Shown here in pieces: positions 38,172-52,009 of a DNA stretch of 64,000 bases. The notes under the pieces were generated by a model. The model worked only from the letters and a program-made list of their open reading frames with translations, did not search any database and was not told the origin of the DNA. The DNA is from Octopus sinensis (lineage: Eukaryota): positions 24,180,001 to 24,244,000 of the forward strand of contig NC_042997.1 of the NCBI RefSeq assembly GCF_006345805.1, written 5' to 3'. Each line of letters opens with the position of its first letter. Within the stretch, counting starts at the first letter, position 1. A program made the position numbers and the translations under genes.

Positions 38172-38478
38172 AGGCGCAGGAGTGGCTGTGTGGTAAGTAG
38201 CTTGCTAACCAACCACATGTCGTATATATGTATATATATATATATATATGTATGTATGTGTATGTGTTTGTGAGTCTGTGTTTGTCCCCCTAGCATTGCT
38301 TGACAACCGATGCTGGTGTGTTTACGTCCCCGTCACTTAGCGGTTCGGCAAAAGAGACCGATAGAATAAGTACTGGGCTTACAAAGAATAAGTCCCGGGG
38401 TCGATTTGCTCGACTAAAGGCGGTGCTCCAGCATGGCCGCAGTCAAATGACTGAAACAAGTAAAAGAGTAAAAGAGTA
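38172..38478 (+). mobile_element. SINE family A, internally deleted
   Basis: The head is joined directly to the microsatellite; the CORE-like part is missing. Confidence 0.8.
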
Positions 38479-38496
38479 TTACTAGTCATTGGCTTG

Positions 38497-38815
38497 TGAA
38501 GGCACGTGGCTTAGTGGTTAGAGAGTCGGGCTCACAATTATGAGGTGGTGCAATTCCCAGATCAGGCTGTGTGTTGTGTTCTTGAGCAAGACACTTTATT
38601 TCACGTTGCTCTAAGTTCATTCAGTTGTAGAAATGAGTTGCAACGTCACTGGTGCCAAGCTACATCGGCGTTTGCCTTTCCTTCGGATAACATCGGTGAG
38701 TTGGAGAGGAGAGGGTGGCATGCGTGGGCGACGGCTGGTCTTCTATAAACAAGCTTGCCCGGACTTGTTCCTCGGATAGTAACTTTCTAGGTTCGATCCC
38801 ATGGACTTTCATGAT
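38497..38815 (+). mobile_element. SINE family D (CORE-like body)
   Basis: ggcacgtggcttagtggtt...gtgttcttgagcaagacact...cacgttgct; the tail is shared with 56120-56456. Confidence 0.75.
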
Positions 38816-38876
38816 CTTTACCTTTTTACCACAGTCATTCGCTTAAATATATAAAACACACACGCATGCATATATA

Positions 38877-38939
<63 letters not shown>

Positions 38940-38945
<6 letters not shown>

Positions 38946-39270
38946 GAAAAATACAAAGTGGGACAAGAACCTAAAACATTTAGAAGACAATACAAAAAAC
39001 ACTTCAATCTTCAGTCAAGAACCGGATCATCCTAGCAATTTCGGCTGATTAATCTTCAGATCGCTCCGATCCGGCCAGCCCCAAGGAAAAACTAAGCTAC
39101 GAGCATTAGATTTCTTGGAAGAAGAATCGAATGTATACGAAACAGGGACAGAAAAACGGACGATGCCACACGAATATAAAATACAAAAAACAATAATGGT
39201 AAAAACAGGACAAAAACAGCTGGTGTCTTACGACTAATAAACAGTACAACAAGATTAGCTGGCCGTACGT
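38940..39270 (-). mobile_element. Possible Penelope-like terminal fragment
   Basis: TA-bounded; shares gattaatca.c.gaaattgc...gatgatccggttctt with 39760-39820 (+). Confidence 0.35.
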
Positions 39271-39351
39271 ACACACACACACACATATATATATATATAC
39301 ACATATATATATATACACACACACACCATTATATATATTATATACACTCTT

Positions 39352-39900
39352 TCTTTTACTCTTTTACTTGTTTCAGTCATTTTGACTGTGGCCATGGTGG
39401 AGCACCGCCTTTAGTCGAGCAAATCGACTCCAGGACTTATTCTTTGTAAGCCTAGTACTTATTCTATCGAGCTCTTTTACCGAACCGCTAAGTTACGGGG
39501 ATGTAAGCACATCAGCATCGGCTGGCAAGCGATGTTGGACACACACACACACAAAATACAATAAGAAAAAAAAATAATAACAGGACATAACAACAGGCGT
39601 CTTTCGACTGGGGACGAATTGAATTCAGCTGGCGTGTGTGGAAATGAAACCTTACGGCAGAGAGGAGAATATCGATTTGGCAGTGACCACGGTCAGACGC
39701 AAAAGGGCTAGCAGTCTGGCCTATCGGTCACGTGAGAAGAGAAGAGAGAGAAAAAGAGGAACGAGCAATCTCAAGATTAATCAACTGAAATTGCGTTGAT
39801 GATCCGGTTCTTAACTGAGGATAAAAGGCTTCTTTGTTCTTTTGTATCGTTTATTTGGATATTTTGCGGTCCCCTTTTGCATCTTTTGTATTGTATATAT

Positions 39901-39951
<51 letters not shown>

Positions 39952-39987
39952 AGAGAGGGAGAGGGGAACAAAGTGTACGTACGCCGC

Positions 39988-40018
<31 letters not shown>

Positions 40019-40160
40019 CGACGGACTTCTTTCAGTTTCCGTCTACCAAATCCACTCACAAGGCTTTGGTCGGCCCGAGATTATAGTAGATGACACGTGC
40101 CCAAGGTGCCATGCGGTTGGTAAGCAAGCTACTTACCACACAGCTACTTCTGCGCCCTAT
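39352..40160 (-). mobile_element. SINE family A split by a ~350-bp insertion in its internal microsatellite
   Basis: 3' half at 39352-39545 and 5' half at 40015-40160, with unrelated sequence between. Confidence 0.65.
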
Positions 40161-40525
40161 ATGTGTGTGTGTGTGTGTGTGTATACCCGTTTATGAATGA
40201 ATACATGGCATCTGTTCATACCGTATATGTAGATACATACATATATACACATAGATGCACATACTTACACATACATACATACATATACACATATATAAAT
40301 ACATATGTAGATGTCTATACGTCTGTGTGCGCGTGTGTGTCTACTTGTAGGTGTGTATTTGATTGTGTCTATCTGTATATGTGTCTCTTCACACATCAAG
40401 TCTGCTACACGTGTACGGCCACAGACACAAGATCACACAGCATATTTGACTCTCTTCAACTATTGCTAATCCTTCGCTCGCGTTCGCTGTGTGTCTCTCT
40501 CCCCCTCTTTCATTCTTTCTTTATG

Positions 40526-40565
<40 letters not shown>

Positions 40566-41864
40566 TCTATCTACCTACCTATCTATCTATGACTCTTTCT
40601 TGTATTCTTCCGTCGCTACTTCTTTCCTTTTTCTTTAAACAGTCTACAGAATCAGCAACATAATAAAGAATAAAAATAAAACAACAACGACAGAAACGAC
40701 AATAACGTCATCAACAAAAACAACAACACAAACAACTGAAATCAACAAACGAACTACGGGTCTTTTTGTTTTGTTTTGTTTTTTGCTTTTTTTTTTGTTT
40801 TTTTTTAATCCATCCCCCCCACTCATAATCTATTTTCAGTGTTCTGTCTATTCGAAAGGTCGTTAGTTGTCTCAAATCTTGTTTTTCTCGTTGCCTCGTT
40901 TCTTGATCCGTGTAGCACTATGGGTAAGCTGCTGGCGCCTGATATGGCGCCTCGCGGCTATGACGTCACGCCAAAATTGTCGACATGCGAGCTGGGGTGG
41001 TCACGCTTGGGAGCAATTTCTGGTATGATAAAAAAAAAAAAAGAAATTACAAACAAAAATTACAAACGTACAAAACCAACGAAGCAAAAGAAGCCAAAAA
41101 ACAATAATAAAAAAAATGATGTATTTAAAGGAGAGAAAAAAATTAGAAAGAAATATATAAAAACTAATAAAATACAAGAGAAGTAAATAAGAACAACAGC
41201 AACATCAATAATAACAACAAAAATGAAGAGACAAGACATTTCTGGAGACAAAATTGTTTGTTGCTCGTCAAAAGACACGGACGAACTGGAAAAAAGTGGG
41301 GAAACTGCTTTTTGGCGGTTCTGCTACATTGATGATTAACTTGACTATGACTTACAATATTGAAATCAATCTGATGTCTGGTAATACAACAACAACAACA
41401 ACAATAACTACAACAACTACTACGTAAATAGTAACGGTAATAGCATTTTATTTTTTGAGAGTTGGGGGAATAATAAATTTAAGACATTCCTCACTATACT
41501 CAAAGAATTAGTGATATAAATAAAAGTAACCATAAGTGCGTATCGAAAGAGATTCGTTTGTAAATTCAATAAGCAATAACTGAAATGATTATTTTTATAG
41601 CTATGTGCCAAGGTTACCAGTAAACTAATTTTCTTCCAATTAACAAATGAACGTAGATGCAACGTAGCTGGATAGTAGATATATGATATACGGCAAAATG
41701 TGAAGCTAATTTTATTTATTTCAGAAGAAAAAATATATATTAATGAATTAATAATCCTTTCTAGTATAGGCACGAGGCATGGAATTTTGTAGGTAGGGAA
41801 TTTTTGATTACGTTGACTCCAGTGCTTGAATTATCGACCCTGAAAGGTAAAAACCAACCTCTCG

Positions 41865-42061
41865 TTTACTCTTTTACTTGTTTCAGTCATTTGACTGTGG
41901 CCATGCTGGAGCACCGCCTTTAGTCGAGCAATTCGACCCCAAGACTTATTCTCTGTAAGCCTAGTACTTATTCTATCGAACCGCTAAGTTACGGGAACAA
42001 AAACACACCAGCATCGGTTGTCAAGCGATGTTGGGGAGGGGACAAACACACATATACACAC

Positions 42062-42120
<59 letters not shown>

Positions 42121-42250
42121 CGACGGGCTTCTTTCAGTTTCCGTCTACCAAATCCACTCACTTACTCACTTGCCCAAAGTGCCACTCAGTGGGATTGAAC
42201 CCGGAACCATGTCGTTGGTAAGCAAGCTACTTACCACAAAGCCACTACTG
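41865..42250 (-). mobile_element. SINE family A
   Basis: Reverse copy with small deletions. Confidence 0.8.
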
Positions 42251-42650
42251 AATTTAAAATCAGAACGCAAAGAGGGACGAAATGCTGTCGAGCATTTTGT
42301 TCGGCATGCTTACGATTCTGCAGGCTCGCCGCACCAATTAATGAAGTAAATAAAAATAGGGCATCTTTTAAGACATTAGTAAAAAGTACCAATTCAAAGT
42401 ATATGACTTGTTTTATTCCTTCTTTTTACTGGTGCAAACACAGAAGTTCTTTTTGGAACCATGCGTCTTCGAGTTCAAGTTAATTGCGAGGCATCTTTTA
42501 TAAAATACTTTCATTAAAATGACGGACTGACGTGTACATACGTGGAGAATTTCAAGGACAGAATCTACATTCCATTTCATAAGTATATATAGGTATGTAT
42601 ATACATATGTATGTGTGTGTGTATATATATATGCATATATACACACACAG

Positions 42651-43070
42651 ACACAGGAGTGGCTATGTGGTAATGTGGTAAGTAGCTTCCTTACCAACCA
42701 CATGGTTCCGGATTCAGTCCCACTGAGTAGCAGCTTGGGCAAGTGTTTCTACTATAACCTCGGGCCGTCCAAAGCTTTGTGAGTGGATTTAGTAGACGGA
42801 AAACTGAAAGAAGCCCGTCGTATATATGTATATATATGAATGTGTGCTTGCGTGTCTGTGTTTCCCCTCCCCCTACAACATCACTTGACAACCGATGCTG
42901 GTGTGTTTACGTCACCGCAACTTAGCAGTTCGGCAAAAGAGACCGATAGACTAAGTACTAGGCTTACAAAGAATAAGCTCTGGGATCAATTTCCTCGATT
43001 ATAGGCGGTGCTCCAGCATGGCCGCCGTCAAATGATTGAAACAAGTAAAAGTGAAAAAGAGTATATATAT
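42651..43070 (+). mobile_element. SINE family A
   Basis: Forward copy. Confidence 0.8.
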
Positions 43071-43079
43071 ACATATATT

Positions 43080-43221
<142 letters not shown>

Positions 43222-43409
43222 TACATACATATATATATGTGTGTGTTTGTGTGTGTGTATGTACATATACCAATCGATCCCAGTTCTTTTTTAAGTCCGG
43301 TATTATTCTGTCATTTGATTTTAGTCAAACCGCTAAGTTACGGGAATGGATCTGGCCAATTATCAAGCGGTGTGGGAAGGAGACATACACAGACACAAAT
43401 ACAAACACG

Positions 43410-43640
43410 GCCTAGTGGTTAGGGTGTTGTGCTCATGATCGGGTGATCGTGGCCTCAATTCCCAGACCGGGTGGTGTAGTGTGTCCTTGAGCAAAACCCT
43501 TCATCTCGCGTTGCTCTGCAACCACTTCGACACCTGACACGTGGTACACAGTGCACCTGTTCAGACAGCGTCGATTTAATGGGGAGAGTAAACTATTGTG
43601 GTGCAAGAATATTTGATCACTATAAACAAATCATTTGTGC
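43410..43640 (+). mobile_element. SINE with family D head/body and a different tail
   Basis: ggcctagtggttagggtg...gtgtccttgagcaaaaccct...cgttgctct followed by an unrelated tail. Confidence 0.6.
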
Positions 43641-44859
43641 ATGTTATTCGGCAAAAATGTTGAACATTCATACTCATACATCGTCTTTGATGAGAGAGTC
43701 CATCATTTATATATATATATATCTATATATATACATATATATAAAAGTGTGTCTGTGTCTGTGTCTATATACAGTGCGTATGTTCCTTATAAATTCAAAA
43801 TCTGAGTTGCCGATTTTGACCAATGAAGTATCAAAATATGCATTAATCTTTCGGCTACCAAATATAATGTTTGTTGCACAACTCATTTTTTACTACAAAA
43901 CTACCCTCGTAAACGAGATTGTGTCGCACAAATTTGAGGTCATTTTCGGGCAATATTTGGATTTGCTTCAAATCTACGTTGCAAATTTTAATGCTTTTGG
44001 TGTCAAAACTTGCAGCAATGTACATGGTGTGTTATGAGCACATTTGTAATTCACAGAACCCTATCCGACAACGGAAAATGACCAAAACAGTTGCTTTTTT
44101 GGAACGGTTATTGGTATATATTTCGTCAATAATGACCTTGGTGCCAAAACTAAACTTCAGTATTCCATAATTAAACAACGTCTGAAGTATTGTGATATTA
44201 TTTCATTGCACAAACCCCGATTTTCAACAGAAAATAGACTAATGAACCGTATTTCAGACATAATTGCGATCGCTTCTGGCATTACTACCGAAAACAATTT
44301 GTCCATGTAGATTTTATTGGTAGCAAGCGACTCAGGGATGCCAAACGAGCGTTCTCATGTTTAAATCCAATAAAATATCCCCAAGGATTACGCACAGTAA
44401 GAACCTATATTTATTCAAGTGTGGTAAAGACGTGACGCAATGACTAAAACCTTTCGAGCTTTTTTGCTTTTAACATTTTTCTCTTTTTTCAACCCAGCTC
44501 ATGCAAAGTTGCTTATCGTTATTAGTATATATTCATACCTATTATTTATTCCATAAACTGCAAAGTTCGTAAGGATATTACTACAATCTCCCTATTTTTC
44601 ACAGTGGTTGAGCGTGTATTAATACCTAGGTCGTGCGATGGAAAACAAATGTCTGACCTGATAACCTCAGTGAAAACAACACCGCGCTTCTATGCGAGAA
44701 CAAATTAAGGTCACATACATAAGTCCGCCCACGATTCGTGTCACTTCATTGGTGGGGATGTACGCTGTGTTCATTGACTGGTACAGTTTCAAATTAATTT
44801 TTCCCTATGAGAGCTATATACTGCAATACCAGTTTGTCGTGTTGTTATTGTTATCAACA

Positions 44860-44990
44860 ATCTGGGCAACGCCGGAGTGCATTGTGCATGGTGAGTACGT
44901 TCTGCTTGAACTAAAAAATTGAGTATATAAATACAATACAATGTGGTTGTAGGTCATAACACCCGGGCAACGCCAGGATGCATTGCTAGT
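44860..44990 (-). mobile_element. Helentron/HINE-type 5' terminal motifs
   Basis: The reverse complement reads actagcaatgcatcctggcgttgcccggg, with a second ccggcgttgcccag ~100 bp away. Confidence 0.4.
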
Positions 44991-45173
44991 GTGTGTGTGT
45001 GTGTGTTTGTGTGAATACATGATGGGGTTCCACCCAGTTTCCGCCAACCCAATTTACTCAAAATGCAATGTTTCGACCCAGGGCTGTAGCGGACGTCACT
45101 TGCCCCAGGCGCTGCGCAGTGGGACAGAACCCGAAATCATATCGTTGAAACCTGAGTTTCTTAATGACATACC

Positions 45174-45404
45174 TATTTCTTTATTACCCACAAGGGGCTA
45201 AACATAGAGGGGACAAACAAGGACAGACATAGGTATTAAGTCGATTACATCGACCCCAATGCGTAACTGGTACTTAATTTATCGACCCCGAAAGGATGAA
45301 AGGCAAAGTCGACCTCGGCGGAATTTGGACTCACAACGTAACGGCAGACGAAATACCGCTAAGCATTTCGCCCGGTGTGCTAACGTTTCTGCCAGCTCGC
45401 CGCC
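45174..45404 (-). mobile_element. SINE family C
   Basis: Reverse copy; 13-bp TSD ttaatgacatacc. Confidence 0.88.
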
Positions 45405-46016
45405 TTAATGACATACCAGCGCCTGTGTCTATACATGTAGCACTTTATTATGCAATGCTGTATGAGAGTGATTCTTACGTCAATAACCTGTAAGCGCTTC
45501 ATCTAATCGGTATGATAAAAATTATCGTTTGTTATTTCATAATATTCACATAATTTGGTAGAAATTCTCGTTAAATCATTTACTTTAAATTTGTTCATTG
45601 TTTCCACCTATGAACCTTAAGACTAGAAACTTTTCCATTTATTTCATGCGAATAGGGTACTGGTAACAGAGCAAAGACCTGTAAACATTGTGGTAATCTA
45701 AAACAATTTAAAACACCAGCACGGATGATTGCTAAATAACAATTATGCAGCAAGATAAGTTTTCAAAGTAGGGCTACAAAGTATTTCTTTTATACTTTTA
45801 TTCATTTTCTTGTTTCAGTCATTTGACTGCTGTGATGCTGGAGCACCGTCTTCAAGGATTTTAGTCGACTCCAGGACTTACATTTTAAGCTTAGTACTTT
45901 TGATATTTGTCACTTTTGTCGAACCGCTAAGTCACAGTGGCGTAAAAACAACAACACAGTTGGTCAAGCGGTGACGGGGGGGGGGGACAAACACAGACAT
46001 ATGCATATGTACATAC

Positions 46017-46229
46017 GCAGCGGACTCGCGGTCGTAGGATCGCGGTTTCGATCCCAGACAGGGGTTGGTGGCGATCCCTGCTGTACTCTTTCGCCACAGC
46101 GTTCTCTCACTCTTTCTTCTGTTGGCCTTCTCGCTTAGCCAGCGGGGTGGCGTCATTTGAAGGATAAAAGAATGCGAAGCGCATTGTAGCAACATCTCAT
46201 AGAGTCTGGTCGGTCACGTGATCACGTGA
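46017..46229 (+). mobile_element. SINE with family B head/body and a third tail type
   Basis: cagcggactcgcggtcgtaggatcgcggtttcga...ctgtactctttc, then ggccttctcgcttagcc...ggtcacgtgatcacgtg. Confidence 0.65.
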
Positions 46230-46277
46230 TATATGTATATATATACATACCACACACACAGCACACACCACACACAC

Positions 46278-46339
<62 letters not shown>

Positions 46340-46364
46340 AATAGAAAAAATATGCCATATATTA

Positions 46365-47040
46365 AACATATATGTACGTACCTACCTCTACATGTACATA
46401 TACACGCATATATGTGTACAGGACACCAAAAAGACGTCGAACACATAGAGAGACGAAAAACATAGACACAAACCAAGGAACAGGACAAGCAAAAAAGAAA
46501 AAAAGAGATACAGGACAATAAGCACAACGAAAAATCCCCTTCTTCAGTCGCTAAGGTTTCATCTACTCTACGTTTCGAAGGATAAAGCGAGACGTATACT
46601 TCGAAGAAACTTCCTTCCTGCGAAAAGCAAATCAATTAAAATTCTGATATCTTTTCGCAGGGGGTAAAAAATGGTAAAAAAAGCAAGACGTAACGACAGT
46701 ACAAACATATAAACAGTAAAAAAAAAAAAAATATATATAAACAGTTGAAAAATAAATATATAACAGTGAGAGACAGGACAAGGAGAACAAGATAAGAAGG
46801 GCTGTTTACGCCAGACGAAAAAAGTAATGCAAACGCTGGATTATAGTGGACGACGAGAGAGAAAGAATGTCGACCAGTGGCCTTAGAAGGCGGGCGAGAA
46901 AAGACAGGATAGCAGTTACGACGGAAGTATCGTCGCAGATGGACGACGGGAATGGGGGAGGAGGAGCAAGAGGAAGAGAGAGAAGAAGGGGAATGGTGCG
47001 AGGAGACCATGAAGAATGGTGAGGGAGAGGAAGAGACATA
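46365..47040 (-). mobile_element. Penelope-like terminal (pLTR) fragment
   Basis: Pyrimidine-rich on the minus strand with ccttcGAAAC...CTGAAGAagggga motifs. It lies next to the GIY-YIG remnant and resembles 50085-50545. Confidence 0.4.
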
Positions 47041-47458
47041 TATATATATATATGAGAGTATTGTAGATCGCTTGAAGCATTGTGTATCGTTTGTAAAGAA
47101 TAACATATTTTGAATGACACAACAATGCACTATAATACAAACAATGGACTATAAGAACTGTTGTAATTTAATCATCCATAGCTTAATATGATATTTCGGA
47201 ATAAAAATCTTTCTTCAGATATCCCTAGGAATTGATAGAGTGGCTGCTATAATCGGTTTTCCAACGGCTTTTCTTTGTTTTCTTAGGAAGCGTCTCAGCA
47301 TTGGTCTCACGAGTTCCTTCCGGAATTCCTCATGAGAAGTGCATGAGGTCGGCCATGTCTCAATCTCGTGTGAGCTGGCACATCCTTAGCACTGCTTCTA
47401 AGTTATGTATTATACGTGCAGCTTTCCTTTTTTACCCTTCTTTTTTCCTCTGTTTTTT

Positions 47459-47790
47459 TTATTTGTAATAAACTATACATGAGCATGTTATCAAAAATGA
47501 ACCTACACGCATCCAGTAAATAGTATATTGATTACCAACCTCCAGCCTGTTGTTAATTTGGGGCCCTAGACCGTGTATGAGTATAGCTTCCTTAATTCTT
47601 AAATTACCCAAATTACTTTCATTGGCCTCAATTGTGACTGCTATGCTTTTGTCAGTGTTCCGGCATCTGTCAAGATGTTTATTGAAGGAGGAGGCTCTCG
47701 TGTTGAGAGGATCTTTGATGCGGATGTGTAACGGTCTTGTTGTGCTACGCAATATGTATTGAGGTTTTTCAAATTGCATCTAACAATGGT
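47459..47790 (-). pseudogene. Penelope-like element GIY-YIG endonuclease fragment
   Basis: YILRSTTRPLHIRIKDPL...NKHL...NLRIKEAILI...PQINNR matches the YIGxTxRxLxxRIKEH...EAxxI...PxIN pattern of PLE endonucleases. Confidence 0.75.
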
Positions 47791-47999
47791 TAGACGCTTT
47801 TCTCATTTCATTTATTATTCTATTAGGATGAATATGATTTATTAACCGTAGCAATCGAGGGAACAGAAATAATAGCTGGATTTCTGTCACAAAAAAGCTT
47901 CTCTTATCGAGAAGTTCATATTTGGTAAAATAGTCTTTTTTTAAAACTGTCTGGAGAAGAAAACAACTGTCAGAACGGTAACTGTTATATACACTTATA

Positions 48000-48046
<47 letters not shown>

Positions 48047-48450
48047 AACAGTAAAAATAATTACAGACATGGACAAGAACATGAAACACCACAGAGACGA
48101 CACAAGAACCACAGGACGGGACATTCGAAGCCCTCAGTCATATATATACACATATATAACTCAAGTACACATTCACATATATTCACACACAATCGCGCGC
48201 ACACACACATATACATGTATTTTAATACTTCACTTGGTTATAGCGAGACAAATAACCTGGTGTAGAACTCAATACACATATGATCTAGAACCTAATGTTA
48301 GATGATACATGCATATATGTGTGTGTGTGTGTGTGTGTGTCTGTGTGTGTGTCTGTGTGTGTGTGTGTCTGTGTGTGTGTGTGTGCATAAACACACACAT
48401 ATAAATATGTTCGACAGAGCAAGTCAAAGAATTGCTGCTCAGTAGATATA

Positions 48451-49712
48451 CAGGAGTGGGACAAAATTATGGAAACACCTAGCATTATGGCATAATTTTG
48501 AAATATCTATAAAACCGTCAAAAGCTTGTTTATTTTTATGTCTTTCGATTTATTATTAGTGTTGCTTAATATGTTTTACTAAAATTGCTCCTTCTTTTTA
48601 GATATTATCAGAAAAAAATAATTAAAATTCATTAAAATTACAGATCTATTCGACTTTCGAAGAGATGAAATTGTTGATGCTCGTATGGCAGGCGCTAGCG
48701 TAACGAAAACAGCCGAAATGTTTGGTGTATCAAAAAGTACTGTCTCGAAAGTAATGACAGCTTTTGAGAAAGAAGGAAAAACCTCCTCGTCAAAACAAAT
48801 CTCCACAATAAAACCAAAACTTTCAGATAGGGACCGTCGGACTCTTACGTGGATTGTTAGAAAAGATCACAAAAGTACAGCTCCCAAAATTTCTGCTAAG
48901 CTTAATGACCACCTCAAGAAGCCAGTTTCCACAGAAACTGTTTACCTGGAGCTGCTCAAAGCCAGATTTCATAGGAGGGCTGTAATAAGAAAATCACCAC
49001 TTTCAAAAACAAATGTTGTAAAGCATTCAGACTGGAAGAAAAAAACCTACGGAATTGGTTCCTAGAGCAGCGGAAAATGTTATTTTCTCGGATGAGTCAT
49101 CCTTTACCTTATTTCTGCTAAACGTTTGGAGACAGCCATAAGAAGTATTTGACCCAGACTATCTTCTTCCAACTGTTAAACTTGGAGGAGGATCTGTGAT
49201 TTGGGGCTGGGGGATATATATTGGAAATCCGCCGACCCAATTGTTTCCCTTCATGGCAGAATTAATAGCCAAGACTATTTAAGCATTTTATCTGATCAAA
49301 TTCGTCCTATGGTTGCGGAACTGTTTCCGAAGGGAAATGCAATCTTTCGGGAAGATAATGCACCAATTCACACAGCTAAAGTTGTTACTGAATGGCACGA
49401 GCAACATTCTAGTGAAGTTGAACATCTTATCTGGCCACCACAGTTCCCAGATCTCAAATTTCTTGAGCATTTATGGAGCATTTTAGAAAAACTAGTAGGG
49501 AGTCGATATCCTCCACCATCATCACTACAAGAAGTGGAGACTTTTTTAGCTGATGAATGGACAAAAATTCCTTTGGAAACAATTCAAACTTTATACGAGT
49601 CCATACCTCGTAGAATTCGAGCTCTAATTACTGCCAAAGGCGGTCCTACCCCATATTTAAAAAAAATTTGTTTGACATTTTAAGGTGTTTCCTTTATTTT
49701 GTCAAACTCCTG
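48451..49712 (+). mobile_element. Full-length Tc1 transposon (1262 bp) with a frameshifted DD34E transposase
   Basis: TIRs caggagtgggacaaaattatggaaacacct / aggtgtttcctttattttgtcaaactcctg with TA on both sides. HTH region GASVTKTAEMFGVSKSTVS; catalytic FSDES, EDNAPIH and PDLKFLEHLW. Confidence 0.93.
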
Positions 49713-50084
49713 TACATAGCGATGGGGAGTCTAAATTTATGTGTGTGTACGACATTGAACATATTACAATTATTTATGTGTAACGTTTTTAATAAGAACA
49801 TGCAGAAGATGAAGCCAAATAGAGGTACGTATTTGCCTCAGGCTGAATGCATTTATATTTTTTGTACTGGAGGTAAATTGCAACTACGCGCATGCTACAA
49901 AGCAGAAAGCTAATCATTTAGCAAGAGAGGAAGTCAATGTGTTTTGACCCGTGAGACTGGGAACAGGACACAAAAATTTACTTGCATGCAAAAAGGCATA
50001 GTTTATTCCATTAATCATACTAACTTAACTGGTAAGAGTGTATCTTCACACACACTCACACATACACACACCCTGCCAGAACAA

Positions 50085-50545
50085 AGGCCTTTCGTTCGTT
50101 TTTTTCGTTTGTTCTCTTGTTTATTTTGATTTCTCGTATTGTAATTTATTTCTCGTTTTGTATTTTCTTGTACATGTATTTTTAATTTTGTATTTTTTTC
50201 TTGTATTTTATTGTGCAATTCCTTGTTACGTCCCTTTTTGTGTTACATTTTGTTCTTGCTTGTTTTACCCATCTACGAGGTTATTTTATTTTAATTCTCT
50301 CGCAGGAAGGCCTAGCATGATCAATCGTGTCCTGTCTTGCCTTCGAAACACGCTATGTCTGCTAGTGACAGCTGATGAAGGGGATTTTTCCTTGTGTAGC
50401 ATGTCCTGTACCTCGTTTTTCTGTTGTACATAATGTTTTTCCCGTTTTCGTTCTCGTCCTGTTCCACGTCTCTGTCCTTCTGTTGTAACAAAATGGCTTT
50501 TCCGTTTTCGTTTCTGTTGAGTTTTACGTCTTTTGTGGTGTCCTG
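50085..50545 (+). mobile_element. Penelope-like terminal (pLTR) fragment
   Basis: T-rich, with tcgcaggaagg...ccttcGAAAC...CTGATGAaggggattttt shared with the 46.5-kb copy; ends at (TA)n. Confidence 0.4.
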
Positions 50546-50639
50546 TACGTATATATATATTTATATATGCATGTATATATACATGTAGATGTCGGTACGT
50601 ACATATATGTTTGTATGTATGCATATATTTTATTTATTA

Positions 50640-50680
<41 letters not shown>

Positions 50681-50752
50681 TAGATAGATAGATACATACA
50701 TACATACATACATACATACATTCATACTTACATACATAGATACACATACATA

Positions 50753-50845
<93 letters not shown>

Positions 50846-51138
50846 CTCATAAATATGCACACATGTATTTAAGTGAGCTGGCTGAATTGTTTGCACGCTG
50901 ACCAAAATGCATTGAGTTTTCATCACATATTATTGTTGTTATTATTATTATCATTATGTTTTTTCCTTCTTTCTTCAAATTTTCTTCCGTTTCTCGCCGA
51001 GTGTTTTCCATACACCTAGGGCAGAGAAGCTCATTGTATGCATTCCCAAATTACATGGATGGGTGTTGTTTTCACAGCGGTAATGCTCTTCTCAGTACAT
51101 GAGCCGTTCCAGTTAGTACGATTTTTTGCACTATTATA

Positions 51139-51227
<89 letters not shown>

Positions 51228-51269
51228 TTAGAAGGATTGACGTAACACTTCACCAAGGTAAACAAATAA

Positions 51270-51532
51270 GACGAAGAGCGCAATGCGATTGCAATAGATA
51301 TCTTATTGGTTGAACAATATTTCGACGCTCCGTGTGTCTTTTACAAGTTCAAAGTAGAAAATGAAATTAAATTCAAAGATACGAAACACTGAAACATTCA
51401 AAATTAAACCGGAATAATTTTGAATGTTTCATCGTTTCCTATCTTTGAATATAATTATATTCTGTATTCTGAACCTATAAAAGACACACGGAGCGTCGAA
51501 ATATCTATTGCAGTCGCATCGCGTTCTTCGCC
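51270..51532. repeat. Imperfect ~260-bp inverted repeat
   Basis: Three matching arm blocks (gacgaagagcgcaatgcgattgcaatagatat; atatttcgacgctccgtgtgtctttt; attcaaagat..gaaacattcaaaatta) mirror around ~51410. Confidence 0.8.
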
Positions 51533-51792
51533 TCGACTATTATTATTATTATTATTATTCTATGTTTGACTTTTGCTTTATGTCTGTACAAGTTGGCTCC
51601 AAGTCTCACCCAGAGACCTCAAGAGACAACAGGTTGGAAGTTCTGTGCCATATATTTGGGGGGGGGGTTGTTTTTTTTGGGTGTTGTACTAGTGAATGTC
51701 TAATACATAAAAAAAATTTAAATAAAAGTAAATAAAAAAAAGTTTGTTTTAAACCTTGGGATTACATAGAGAGTATTTTGAGTATTTTATTA

Positions 51793-51894
<102 letters not shown>

Positions 51895-51927
51895 ATCATC
51901 ATCATATCATCATCATCATCATTATTA

Positions 51928-52009
<82 letters not shown>

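Noticed and set aside
39030-39080. CTGAAGA...GAAA on the minus strand
   Set aside because: No stem II or stem I pairing, and the related copy at 39766 reads ctcaaga; not counted as a ribozyme.
47170-47225. CTGAAGA...ttccGAAATATC on the minus strand
   Set aside because: Stem II is broken and stem I does not pair; at best a decayed remnant.
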